Assembly (NCBI GenBank): GCA_020353515.1
Contig: CP070695.1
Location: 2,578,155-2,642,154, forward strand
Length of the DNA: 64,000 nt
Direction of reading: 5' to 3'
From: Candidatus Heimdallarchaeota archaeon
GTDB taxonomy: Archaea > Asgardarchaeota > Heimdallarchaeia > Hodarchaeales > Hodarchaeaceae
The notes under the pieces were generated by a model that saw nothing but the letters and a program-made list of their open reading frames with translations, did not search any database and was not told the origin of the DNA. Below, piece by piece: positions 49,646 through 59,720 of this stretch (its first letter is position 1; every line of letters begins with the position of its first letter). Both the position numbers and the translations under genes were made by a program.

Positions 49646-50674
49646 TTAGATCCTTAATGGAGAACGGCAGTTTTTGCAGAGAGTATCCTTACCTTCTAGG
49701 ATTTTGTTGGTTGTGTTGCATTTGTGGCAGTTAATGAAGATCATCTTCTCTCCAAAGTTGCCTAAGGTGCCTTGGCCAGCCAGAACAGATTTTTCAGCTT
49801 GTTTTTTCATTTTTAGAAATAGCGGGCTATCCACTCCACTTAAATTTCTCAATGAGTTTTTGAAATCGTCTAATTTTGTCGCTTGTTCTTGTTCTTTCTT
49901 CTTCTTTTTGAAATACTCCTTTCTTTGTTTCGGTGTCATCTTACTAATTAGCTTCAATTCCCTTAAGCGAGTATTATACTGATTACGTAATGAAAGAGGT
50001 AATTCAGAGAGAAATTCAGGTGAAAATTGTTTTAATTCTTCGAGGGGCATTTGAGAGAAATTAATTTCAATATTATTTTGCTTATGTAGGTTTTGGCCTG
50101 CATTTGAAGGAGGAGGGGGAGGGGGAGCGTTTTGAGATGAAGATAAATTGCTTTTTATTGATTTCAGATCAGATTCAATGTGTTTTCGGATTGTTATGAG
50201 GATCTCATCGATAATATCACTCATATAATCTCGCGATGAAGTGTTGTTAATTTTGGACTCCATATTCCGAATTTGTTGCTCTAATTCACCTATTTTTTTA
50301 TTTTGAGCAATAATTACTTCCCCTTTACGATAACAATCTAAGCAAACACCTGAAACTAACTCATTTTCCAAGGTCCCCTTACCACAAATCCCACAAACTT
50401 TAAACATTTCACCAAGATCGTATAATACCTTAGTTAAACTTTCACTTGAAGAATTTAATTCTTCTTCAACTGTAAGGACTGCTTTTCGCACTTCTTTACC
50501 AAGGGCGGTGAACATGAGTTCTCCTTCGTGCTCTATTTCTCTATCAAATTGTTTAGTTTCGTCTAATTTTCCGAGCTGAGTGAGAATGTCTTCTAAGTTT
50601 GTAAAAGGATTCTTTAGAACGCTCCCAACAGAAGTAAGCTTCTTAATTGTTTCTTGTTCTAATTTATCAGACAC
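49646..50674 (-). CDS. Hypothetical protein: coiled coil, Zn finger, polyproline, C-terminal Zn ribbon
   Basis: CGIC..CLDC; APPPPPPS; CHKC..CKNC. Confidence 0.7.
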   Translation of the reverse strand: MSDKLEQETIKKLTSVGSVLKNPFTNLEDILTQLGKLDETKQFDREIEHEGELMFTALGKEVRKAVLTVEEELNSSSESLTKVLYDLGEMFKVCGICGKGTLENELVSGVCLDCYRKGEVIIAQNKKIGELEQQIRNMESKINNTSSRDYMSDIIDEILITIRKHIESDLKSIKSNLSSSQNAPPPPPPSNAGQNLHKQNNIEINFSQMPLEELKQFSPEFLSELPLSLRNQYNTRLRELKLISKMTPKQRKEYFKKKKKEQEQATKLDDFKNSLRNLSGVDSPLFLKMKKQAEKSVLAGQGTLGNFGEKMIFINCHKCNTTNKILEGKDTLCKNCRSPLRI

Positions 50675-50684
50675 TTTGCTTACC

Positions 50685-51428
50685 TCATCTACGTTCTAAA
50701 GTCTGAGCTCGTCGGAGGAATGTTCGTGCGACCGTTCGTTCAATTGAATCAACCTCGGATCGACTTTCATTAATCACTACTGTAACAATCTTAGTAATTA
50801 AATCGAAATTTGGATCTGCAATTTGAGGAATACTCGATTTGAGGAGTTCAGCAGAGGTAATACCTCTTTGATTTGCTGCTGTTGTAATCAGATCTTGTTG
50901 CTCCTTAAGCACCTGAATTATCGAGGGATCAATATCAGAGCTAATATCTAAAGCTTGCTTTTTGAGAAATTCAATTTGTAATTCTCGATCTTTTAGGGTA
51001 CGGTAAAGATTATCCACGGTTTTTTGAAGTTCTTCAACCAGAGAAGACTGAAGGGGATTTATTTGAGACACTGTATCTTTAAAAACTCCAAGAGGATCAT
51101 TGATAAGGATATTCTTTTCTTGAACAATAATTTGTTGATAAAATTGCTCCCAGTAGGTTTTATGGGGCAAACCAATATATCTTCGACGCTGACCTTTCGG
51201 TAATGAAACTTTAACAGTAGCTACTTCTTTTTTTTCTTGTAAACGATTAATAGAACCATCGATCTTTCCCCTACTCCAATTCAAACGCGATGCCAACTCA
51301 TTGATTGTGATTGGACGCTCAAATGTTTCGATTCTTGAACGAAGGATTTGGTCTGTAACTTCTGCATTACCTTTTGGCAAATCTATAGCATCCAAGTATT
51401 TGGCTTTCTTGTTTAATATTGATATCAA
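50685..51428 (-). CDS. wHTH + coiled-coil DNA-binding protein
   Basis: PITINELASRLNWSRGKIDGSINRLQEK HTH; heptads LQKTVDNLYRTLKDRELQIEFLKKQ. Confidence 0.7.
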   Translation of the reverse strand: MISILNKKAKYLDAIDLPKGNAEVTDQILRSRIETFERPITINELASRLNWSRGKIDGSINRLQEKKEVATVKVSLPKGQRRRYIGLPHKTYWEQFYQQIIVQEKNILINDPLGVFKDTVSQINPLQSSLVEELQKTVDNLYRTLKDRELQIEFLKKQALDISSDIDPSIIQVLKEQQDLITTAANQRGITSAELLKSSIPQIADPNFDLITKIVTVVINESRSEVDSIERTVARTFLRRAQTLERR

Positions 51429-51518
51429 TGTGTTATAGGCAAGTCTAAATCAAAATAGATTCCACTTTCTCAAAGTATCAAGAGTTACTTAATTTTAAGT
51501 AATTGAAACTGATATAAT

Positions 51519-51597
51519 CATGTCTATATAAATTTATTTATATTGAAAAATCCGTTTTGGTATTATTAGATCGATAAAATATATATAGACATGTCTA
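51519..51597. promoter_or_regulatory. Inverted repeat/palindrome, candidate operator
   Basis: CATGTCTATATA (51519-51530) and its exact reverse complement TATATAGACATG (51582-51593); perfect palindrome TAGACATGTCTA (51586-51597). Confidence 0.5.
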
Positions 51598-51778
51598 AAG
51601 ATGTCTTTTTTATTAAGAATTATTCTAGGTTAATTTAGTGTAGAACTGATTATAGGATAAAAGGCGTGCCTATATGACATAATTGAGTCTTTGCATAGAC
51701 TTAAGAGGTATATGAAGTCAAAAGCACAATAATTCGTAGCACATTTTCAGGTTCTTGATGTGTCATTTATGATTTACA

Positions 51779-52591
51779 TGATAAGGAACGGTCTTTTTGC
51801 TATTGATTATGAAATGAAATTAGTTCTAGCTATTATTGGGATCTCTCTGTGTATTTTATTCATTATCTTTTCTAAAAAACCGATTATCTCTATGTTTTTA
51901 TCACAGGAGTAGTTGTTTGGTCAATATTTGAACTAATGATTACCATTCTAGGTATCAGATCCAGTGTTGAACCCTCTATTTTTGGAATTGAATTGCACTG
52001 GTTGTTAGCGGGCATTATAAGGGGATCCTCTGAAGGTGCTGTGGTTGCAATTGTTGGGATTATCTTTGGCGACTACATTTCGAGTCGAAATCACATAAAA
52101 ATCGCCCTTCCAGCAGCCATCCTAATTCTTGCTTACTTTGTATCACGAACGCTTATCAATGGGCTTCCAAGCAAAGAAATTGGAGGGGCTGTCCTTTCTC
52201 GTAGAGAAATTTTCGCTTGGCCTTCTGTGCTCTTCTTTCTGTTCTTTATTTCCTTGTTATGATTTGGTATGTCTCTCAAAAGGATCCCCAAATTAAGAAA
52301 CGAGCTCGAAATATGTTCATTTCAACTGTGGTATTTTCTTCCATTTGGTCAGTTGCTCAATATGTCGCAAATACTCGTTGGATAGAAGTGAAAACAAATA
52401 CAACATTCATACAAGCTCCCCCTGTTGTTGAATTCTTGGCGTTTACGTGGGATATAATCTTTGAAATTTCTCTCTGTTATATGGCTTTTCTAGTTATTCC
52501 GGTAATGTTAAATTTGATCAAAAATCCCCAAGAGCTCTCTTCATCCATAACGGCCAGCTTCAAGCAGGAGATAGAGGAGGGTTATAACTAA
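51779..52591 (+). pseudogene. Multi-TM membrane protein gene broken by two frameshifts
   Basis: MIRNGLFAIDYEMKLVLAIIG.. / KTDYLYVFITGVVVWSIFELMITILGIR..SRREIF.. / SVLYFLVMIWYV.. in successive frames. Confidence 0.65.
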
Positions 52592-53062
52592 AGCAGAGAT
52601 AATAAACCCAAAAAACCACCAAATTGAATAAATTGTACCAAACATTGAATTTATGGCATTGAGATTGAACGGATCTTGGACTACAGGAAAAGAGGGAAGT
52701 ACGAGTATATATAATCCTATAGCAGCTCCTATCACTAGTACAAAACTGAGTACAAAAAGGAGATTTATTATCCAATCAGTTTCTTTGTCCTCATCCCAGT
52801 TGAATATCCGTTTCGCAATCATTGGAAGCCCTAGAGACAGAACTAAGATTAAGATTATCACACAAATAAATACGATGACCGTGATAATCCCTAGAAATAT
52901 TAAATTATCTAAATATTCACGATTTAGAATAACTGCACCAATGGATACAAGAATAACAATTCCAAGATTGATCAATAGCCCGATAAAAACTATATCAATC
53001 CAAGTGGTTTTTATCGGTGTTTGTTCGTCAGAAATTGGTTCAGATAATGTATCAGAATCCAA
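52541..53062 (-). CDS. Four-TM membrane protein
   Basis: Four hydrophobic segments. Confidence 0.7.
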   Translation of the reverse strand: MDSDTLSEPISDEQTPIKTTWIDIVFIGLLINLGIVILVSIGAVILNREYLDNLIFLGIITVIVFICVIILILVLSLGLPMIAKRIFNWDEDKETDWIINLLFVLSFVLVIGAAIGLYILVLPSFPVVQDPFNLNAINSMFGTIYSIWWFFGFIISALVITLLYLLLEAGRYG

Positions 53063-53225
53063 AAAATCTCAGCTCCATCTATTAGATGAATAATAGTTAA
53101 TTCTAATGTTGTTTGTTAGCTACATTATATAACATCTTGCTAAGCGGACCATATTCTTTCACATTTAATAGATTAGTAATGAACCCTTTTTCAAAAAATC
53201 AAGTGGAAAAAATGAATAGAATTAG

Positions 53226-53277
53226 AGGGCATCGCTCCAGAGAGTAATCCAGCTTCTGTTGGCTCGTTAGGGCTACC
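53226..53277 (-). repeat. Duplicate of RNase P RNA 3' end (att-like direct repeat of 55508-55559)
   Basis: agggcatcgctccagagagtaatccagcttctgttggctcgttaggg: 47 bp identical, 52 bp with one mismatch. Confidence 0.95.
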
Positions 53278-53390
53278 AATACAAATTTTTGATGTTATTT
53301 TACGCTTAAGGAAAAAACCTCAAGATTTAAGGGTTATTCTAAATACTAAACTGATTGAATTTTCTATTAAAATAAACTATCAAGATAATA

Positions 53391-53420
53391 ACATCTAGGA
53401 GTAGGACATCTAGGAGTAGG
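53391..53420 (+). repeat. 15-bp tandem duplication acatctaggagtagg x2
   Basis: Read directly. Confidence 0.8.
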
Positions 53421-53648
53421 AAGATAAGGACTTTTAAACCTCAATAATATCAAGGAAATTTTAGAAGAATTTTGTTTTAGGCTCAAAATTCAAAATATAT
53501 TTCTTTTTGGAGGCGTATATCAACGAGTAAAGGATTTTTAAAGGATTTAACAGAAGAAAATAATAGAATTGACAGAATTAAAACGTATTTATGGGAACAA
53601 AGTAAAAAACTCCCTCTTTTAGTTAAATTAAATGTACTTGCAATTGGA

Positions 53649-55463
53649 GTGGGTATAATAGGAGGATTAGGCTCATGGGTCTTTCGATTAGCGATTAACC
53701 TCATTTATGAGGCCTTTTTTTTCTTACCAATGCAAATTTTGAATTCTTTAGGATTATCTACCATTATTTGGGTACCTTTTCTTCTTACACCTATTATTGG
53801 GGGTTTAATCGTTGGTTATCTCACCTCTAAAGTCTCAAAAGAAACAAAAGGTCATGGTGTTCCCGAAGTTTTAGAGTCAGTTGCTTTAAACAACGGGAAA
53901 ATGAATTTAAGGATTCCTTTCATCAAGATTATTGCTTCTGCAACAACTATTGGATCTGGCGGATCAGCAGGCCGAGAAGGGCCGATTGCTCAAATAGGAG
54001 CTGGGTTTGCTTCATTAATAGGACAGAAATTGAATCTGTCTTCAAAAGAACTTCGGACTTTAGTTGTTTCAGGAGTCGCCGCAGGAATCGCTGCTACTTT
54101 TAATGCTCCGATTGGGGGATCTTTATTTGCTTTAGAAGTATTAATGGGAGAAGGGGGTACAACAGGGCTATTAATTCCAATTATTGTCGCAGCTGTTGTT
54201 GGTGTTGTAGTAGGACAACTTTTACTCGGCACTGACCCAGCTTTCATTGGATTCCCGGCTTTGGAATATCACGAGCCATATTTAATCCCTCTTTTTGTGA
54301 TTCTAGGGCTAGTTTGTGGAGCCGGTTCAGCTTTTTGGATTAAATTCTTTTACAAACTAGAAGATATTTTTGATAATATATTTGAGAAGTTCAAAATTCC
54401 TGGTATCTTGCAACCAGCTTTTGGGGGTGTATTTGTGGGTTTAACATTAGTTATAACATATTTTTTTGTTGGTGAACAGTGGGAAACAGTCACTATAATG
54501 GGACGTTCCTATCTTCCCATGGATGCTGTTTTTCAGGGTTCACTATTACAGGGATCGGTTTTGCTAGTTCTACTTACATTAATTTTATTATTTGTTTTGA
54601 AAGCCCTTAATACTGTATTTACAATTGGTACTGGTGGTTCAGGAGGTGTATTTGCTCCCACTTTATTTTTAGGGGTTATGTTAGGAGCAATCTTTGGTAT
54701 AATTGTAGACGATATTATCATTATAACCAATGTTCCGATACCTCTCCTCGCTTTATTGGGAATGGCTGCATTTTTCGCAGGGACAGGTCGTGCACCGTTA
54801 ACAGCGGTTATCATGACTGCAGAAATGACCAAGGATTATTTTTTAACCATTCCCCTTATGATAGTCGTTTCAATCAGCTGGATTGTTTCCATTCTTCTTG
54901 AAAAAGACAATATTTATACTTTGAAACTTATTCGGAGAGGAGTTGTCTTAAAGGAACCTACTGCTGATATCCTTGAAACAATCACTGTCATAGAAGCGAT
55001 GACCCCAAGGGATAAGTTGGTCGTAGTAGATACAAAAACAAGATTAGAAACAGTAATGGAGCTTGTACGAACTACTCGTCACGAGGGATTTCCAGTAGTT
55101 GAACAAGATATGTTCATTGGAGTAATCACTCTAAGTGATGTCCAAAAAGCGATGCATAGTTCTCCGAAAGATTGGAATGTATTTGATGTCTTAATAACGA
55201 AGAAGAGACCTCTTATTTGCATACACAAGGAGGCGACATTAATGCATGCTGTTCATATCATGGAAAGTAAGGATATTTCACGCCTTCCAGTGGTAGAAAA
55301 ATTTCCTAGTCAGAAAAACGAGTTTCCTAAGCTAATCGGTTGGATAACACACCATGATATCACAAGAGTCTACATTTCAGAAAAGGCACTTTCAACACTT
55401 CAAGCATCTGAAGAGCATATTTTTTCTTATCAAAATGGTCCTTCGGAAAACAAGAGCTCATAG
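53649..55463 (+). CDS. clc: ClC chloride channel/antiporter with CBS pair (start may lie further upstream)
   Basis: GHGVPEV, GGSAGREGP, FNAPIGG, GGSGGVFAP, APLT, IYTLKL; two CBS domains. Confidence 0.93.
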   Translation: MGIIGGLGSWVFRLAINLIYEAFFFLPMQILNSLGLSTIIWVPFLLTPIIGGLIVGYLTSKVSKETKGHGVPEVLESVALNNGKMNLRIPFIKIIASATTIGSGGSAGREGPIAQIGAGFASLIGQKLNLSSKELRTLVVSGVAAGIAATFNAPIGGSLFALEVLMGEGGTTGLLIPIIVAAVVGVVVGQLLLGTDPAFIGFPALEYHEPYLIPLFVILGLVCGAGSAFWIKFFYKLEDIFDNIFEKFKIPGILQPAFGGVFVGLTLVITYFFVGEQWETVTIMGRSYLPMDAVFQGSLLQGSVLLVLLTLILLFVLKALNTVFTIGTGGSGGVFAPTLFLGVMLGAIFGIIVDDIIIITNVPIPLLALLGMAAFFAGTGRAPLTAVIMTAEMTKDYFLTIPLMIVVSISWIVSILLEKDNIYTLKLIRRGVVLKEPTADILETITVIEAMTPRDKLVVVDTKTRLETVMELVRTTRHEGFPVVEQDMFIGVITLSDVQKAMHSSPKDWNVFDVLITKKRPLICIHKEATLMHAVHIMESKDISRLPVVEKFPSQKNEFPKLIGWITHHDITRVYISEKALSTLQASEEHIFSYQNGPSENKSS

Positions 55464-55508
55464 TTTTTTCACAATTACTGTGTTGGAGATTTTATTGATG
55501 AAAGAACA

Positions 55509-55883
55509 GGGCATCGCTCCAGAGAGTAATCCAGCTTCTGTTGGCTCGTTAGGGTTACCCCATCAGAGTTTCTGACATCAACCTAAGCGCTGCTCTCCAC
55601 GATCTCCGAAGAGATCATTATTTCAGCTTGCATTCACTGAGGATGCTCGTTTCACCGATACCCTACTCGTCCTCAGGAGATTAACTCGTCGATTGTTACC
55701 AGCGACTTCACTCCATCATAGCCATAAGAGTAGGGGCGTGTCGTTTCTGTAGCAGAGCCCAATCTCTCGATTGACAGCGAATAGCCACCAACAGGCACTA
55801 CCCGACTGTTCAGCGTACATGAATGGCTGGAATTTCCTCAGGTTTCAGGAGAAACCCGGAGTCAGACTTCTGCTTCGATGCCG
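55509..55883 (-). ncRNA. rnpB: RNase P RNA
   Basis: P1 GGCAUCG/CGAUGCC; CR-I GAGGAAAUUCCAGC; CR-II ACAGAAACGA; CR-III UGAAACG; UGCAAG; CR-V AACAGAAGCUGGAUUA. Confidence 0.93.
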
Positions 55884-56330
55884 TGGTTATTAGGTTCCCT
55901 CTAGTTTATTAATCTTTTGAGGGTTTCACGTTCTAATCCTCTTGCCCAAACCTCTGGCCCTACAACCGTCATACGATTTGGATCCTATTTGCCTTATTGA
56001 ACAGATTTTTCGACAAGTGACTGAACTTATTCAATTTTTAATTTGGTTTCAACCAAATCTATTCACTTCATATGACCCTCACGTATCTTGACAATTTCTT
56101 TCACTTTTGGGCAAACATAAAATAGCATGAGATTGGATAATCGTTAAGTATGGTAAATAAGTCAATCCATCAGATGTATTCTTTTTTAAGCACCTTAAAA
56201 ATCCTTAAATACCCTTTTTAAACTTAAATAACAGGAAAATTTTAAATATGTTATGTGTACATAAATAATTATCCGATTATCTTAACCATAAGGATTCTGG
56301 AGGGTTAAGGCAAGGAGTGAAAAGAAATGA

Positions 56331-56543
56331 TTAAAGTCGCGTTGGTGGATTTTCTGGAGTAATTATGATCCTGATGAAATGAAAAGAGCAACCCTTCATG
56401 AGATATTCCATACCTATGATGCAAAACATGTAAGTGGTTATTATATTATGCGGCATGAGATTCAATATGGTGGGTGGGTTCTCCACAGTAATACAGATTC
56501 CACCGTCAGTAGTAACGATGTTCACTTCGATGGCCCGCCTTAA
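56331..56543 (+). pseudogene. C-terminal remnant of a metzincin-like Zn metalloprotease
   Basis: Frame reads ..MKRATLHEIFHTYDAKHVSGYYIM..DGPP* (HExxHxxxxxH + Met-turn); N-terminal part absent. Confidence 0.6.
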
Positions 56544-56566
56544 AGAACAAGAATGGCTGTGAGAAA

Positions 56567-57259
56567 ATGAGTGGCTACGCCCATTTTGTTATAATAACTT
56601 TGACTTTACTCCTCTTAGCTTCTCCTACTATATCTATTGAGGGTGTGCAATCTGAGTGGTCTTCTTCTATAACAGTCAAGCGTTTTCGCTGGAAAGCGTT
56701 GAAATCTGAGTTACGGGATCTAGATACCCAGGAACAATATCGTGAGAATTATTTAATTGGGGGAATAAACATTCCAGGCGGAATCAATACAATTGCCCTC
56801 CGTGCAATCCCCCCAAATGATTTCGATTTTTTCAATGGTAGTAGACTCGACTTAAGTGTAACGATTGAAGGCGATATATCTCTTGACCCATTGCCCCAAA
56901 ACGGCTCAGATTACCATTTACTCCTACTTCCAATAAAAATTGATAATAAATCATTCTTTGAGGTGTTATTTGCAAAGACAGGCCTCTTAGAAAATCTCAC
57001 TCACTCTATTTTCCTGAATTCTTCGATTACTGACACAATCGCACGATCTTCCTTAAAATATAATGGTGTTCTTGATATTCTGTATGAGTGGGACATTACT
57101 ACAGGATTATTAGTTCGAAAGGAAGTTACAGCTCCCTCAGGATTGCAACTCATAATTGTACCCACAAGTGAAATCTCAGTTCCAGGATGGAACTTACCAA
57201 TAGTCCTCCTAACCGTTTTGATAATTAATTGGTGGCATAAGAAAAGAAAGAAGGATTAA
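56567..57259 (+). CDS. Secreted protein with C-terminal PGW-TM-basic sorting signal
   Basis: Signal peptide; VPGWNLPIVLLTVLIINWWHKKRKKD. Confidence 0.75.
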   Translation: MSGYAHFVIITLTLLLLASPTISIEGVQSEWSSSITVKRFRWKALKSELRDLDTQEQYRENYLIGGINIPGGINTIALRAIPPNDFDFFNGSRLDLSVTIEGDISLDPLPQNGSDYHLLLLPIKIDNKSFFEVLFAKTGLLENLTHSIFLNSSITDTIARSSLKYNGVLDILYEWDITTGLLVRKEVTAPSGLQLIIVPTSEISVPGWNLPIVLLTVLIINWWHKKRKKD

Positions 57260-57393
57260 TTGTCTGATAGGGAATCAGATGTATAGGTCTCGAAGTTCAG
57301 TAATTTACAGGATCAAATGGATTAATGATGACGCCAAGAAAAAGAGAATTTCGTTATTTGCTTAACATCAATAAGACAGGGTGAGATTGAACA

Positions 57394-57807
57394 ATGCGAA
57401 AACAGGATTATTTAGCGCTCCTCCCAATTTTTCTTCTCTTTACCGTCTTGTTCTTGATCATTATAGTAATCCCAGTTGGGAGTCTACTCATAGTGATGTT
57501 TACTGCTAGCTATCGCCAAGATGTAATTATGATAACTCGTGCGAACGAGATGGAAAACATCACAGGGTCAATAGGGAATTTAACAGCAAAGAATCTATCA
57601 TCTGCCCCGAAACTCCTATCAGCATTACAGCAGATGGTTCAGGATGACAAAATAAACCAGAAGATAGTGGAAATCACTGTTAAAGAGCGGGATCACTTAG
57701 TTCAATTGTTTGAGGAGCTTAACTTTCCTTTGTCTTGTAATAATCCAATACATGTATATTTTGAAAATATATTACTTGAAATCATTCTTGCTGAAACTGT
57801 TTCATAG
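57394..57807 (+). CDS. Membrane-anchored hypothetical protein
   Basis: N-terminal hydrophobic segment. Confidence 0.6.
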   Translation: MRKQDYLALLPIFLLFTVLFLIIIVIPVGSLLIVMFTASYRQDVIMITRANEMENITGSIGNLTAKNLSSAPKLLSALQQMVQDDKINQKIVEITVKERDHLVQLFEELNFPLSCNNPIHVYFENILLEIILAETVS

Positions 57808-58003
57808 TTCTCTTTCCAGTGAAGGAAGCACGTTTTTGATAGGAGAAGCATTAGTGTTCTTTGGTAGCTCGGGTGAACCGAATGACCTAGAAAAATTGAT
57901 TAATTTGCTTACATTTAGATGTCTTTGGTTGACTGTGGAATCTTGAAGGCTTATACTGGGATCTCTAGTTAAGGAAAGCTAATTTTGAACATCGACTTGG
58001 CCG

Positions 58004-59392
58004 TTAAATAGGGATTTCAATCAAAAACTCTGATCCCTCATCGATTTTTGAGCTGACTGACATTTTCCCTCCATGTCGTTCAACTATTGTTTTTGTAATG
58101 TACAATCCTAGTCCCATCCCTTGTTTGTAGTATGAAGTTGATTGAGAAAAGAACGGTTCAAAGATTCTATCCATCTTATCATCAGGGATTCCAACACCCT
58201 GGTCTAGTATTGAGATGTTGAGACCTTTTCTGTCAAGTGTAATTCTTGCCTCAACCTCCGTAGCCTTTGGACTGTGGTGACAGGCATTTTCGATTAGATT
58301 GTAGATTGCTTGCGTCAAACGATCAAGATCCAACGAAAAAAGTGAATTCACCTCACGATCATTCTTAAATTCCAGTTTAATTCGTGTTTTTTCTTTCATA
58401 AGATTAATATCATATTCTAACGCAGTTTGTAGCTCATTGAAACGAATCAATCCTTTATCAATTGAAAATATTCCCTTATTTACATTTTCGACATCTTTAA
58501 TGGCTGTTATTTGGCGTTCCAGCTTTCTTGTGTTTCGTAAAAGCGCATCTATGATATTTTGGTCGTATCCGTCCTTTTCGCTATATTTTTTAGGTAATAA
58601 CTCTATAAATCCTTTAAGCAAAGTGATTGGGGTTCCCATCTCGTGAACAGTAATCTGTAAAAATTCGTTTAGTGCTTTTTCCCGCCTTAGACGACTCGAT
58701 GGCAACCATGAGACATCAGCGATAACACCAACCGAAGCAGGTTTTTGTGTTTGAGAAACCACTGGATCTACGCTAATGAGAACATCTTTGTTCTTCCCAT
58801 CCATCTGATAGATCTTCATTAGTACAAATTGATCCAATGACAGTAAAAATTCGTAAGTCATAATGAATTTAGTAATATCATGTCCAATTAACTGTGTGGG
58901 TGAGTTGAATCCCACAAGATCTGCAAACGCTTGGTTTGAAAATACTATTTGTCCCTCTGGGTTGGTTACGGTCATTCCAGCTCTTGTTGCTTCTATCAAT
59001 GATCTTAATCTTTTGTCTGAAGCCCGTAATGCGTTAAAGGCTCTCTTCTCTGTCGTAATATCCCGAACTACCCCATAAAGATATTTATCATCAACTGTAC
59101 CCACAGAAAGCTGTATGTTTACCTCAATATCAAGGTTTTTTCCTTTGGTTTCAATTATTTTTGGGTTATAATCTCTGAATGAGGTTAAAAACATTTGACC
59201 TTTTTTATCGAAAAAGGATCGAATATCGTAGCCAATAATTTCTGATAGTTCCACCTCTAGGATTTCACTCAATTTATCATTACCCCAAAGTATCTCCCAT
59301 TTATCGAGCTCCTGGATCCAAAAACCAATTTCTGCTTCCTTGAGCATTTTAAGTATAAAAGGGCTGTCTAATATGTTAGGAAACTGTTTCAA
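58004..59392 (-). CDS. PAS-PAS sensor histidine kinase (orphan in this window)
   Basis: H-box HEMGTP, N-box NLIENA, G1 DQGVGI, F-box FEPFF, G2 GMGLGL. Confidence 0.92.
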   Translation of the reverse strand: MKQFPNILDSPFILKMLKEAEIGFWIQELDKWEILWGNDKLSEILEVELSEIIGYDIRSFFDKKGQMFLTSFRDYNPKIIETKGKNLDIEVNIQLSVGTVDDKYLYGVVRDITTEKRAFNALRASDKRLRSLIEATRAGMTVTNPEGQIVFSNQAFADLVGFNSPTQLIGHDITKFIMTYEFLLSLDQFVLMKIYQMDGKNKDVLISVDPVVSQTQKPASVGVIADVSWLPSSRLRREKALNEFLQITVHEMGTPITLLKGFIELLPKKYSEKDGYDQNIIDALLRNTRKLERQITAIKDVENVNKGIFSIDKGLIRFNELQTALEYDINLMKEKTRIKLEFKNDREVNSLFSLDLDRLTQAIYNLIENACHHSPKATEVEARITLDRKGLNISILDQGVGIPDDKMDRIFEPFFSQSTSYYKQGMGLGLYITKTIVERHGGKMSVSSKIDEGSEFLIEIPI

Positions 59393-59720
59393 AGATCAAT
59401 TCTCCTTATTCCTGTCTTTCTAAATCTTTTGAAATTTTATAAAGATTCGTAATTAGAACGTGAAAGTATTTGTTCAATCCCCGAGTAATCTCTATATTGA
59501 TGAAGTGGCGAGGTTTAATGAAGAAATTCAACTGTTAACGGAGCCAAAAAGGGATAGACTTAGTAATAACAATTAATAGTGTTATTTTCGTCATTATTTT
59601 TTTAAGGAAAGAGGGGATGTTATCAAAGATCCATAATTTCGAAACATAATTCTGAAAATTCTTTAAGAGAAAATAATGCAAGGAAAACTGAACCAGAATT
59701 AAATGGAGTAACCTTAGAAA

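Noticed and set aside
51587-51596. AGACATGTCT equals a p53 half-site consensus
   Set aside because: No p53-like protein present; treated only as a generic palindrome
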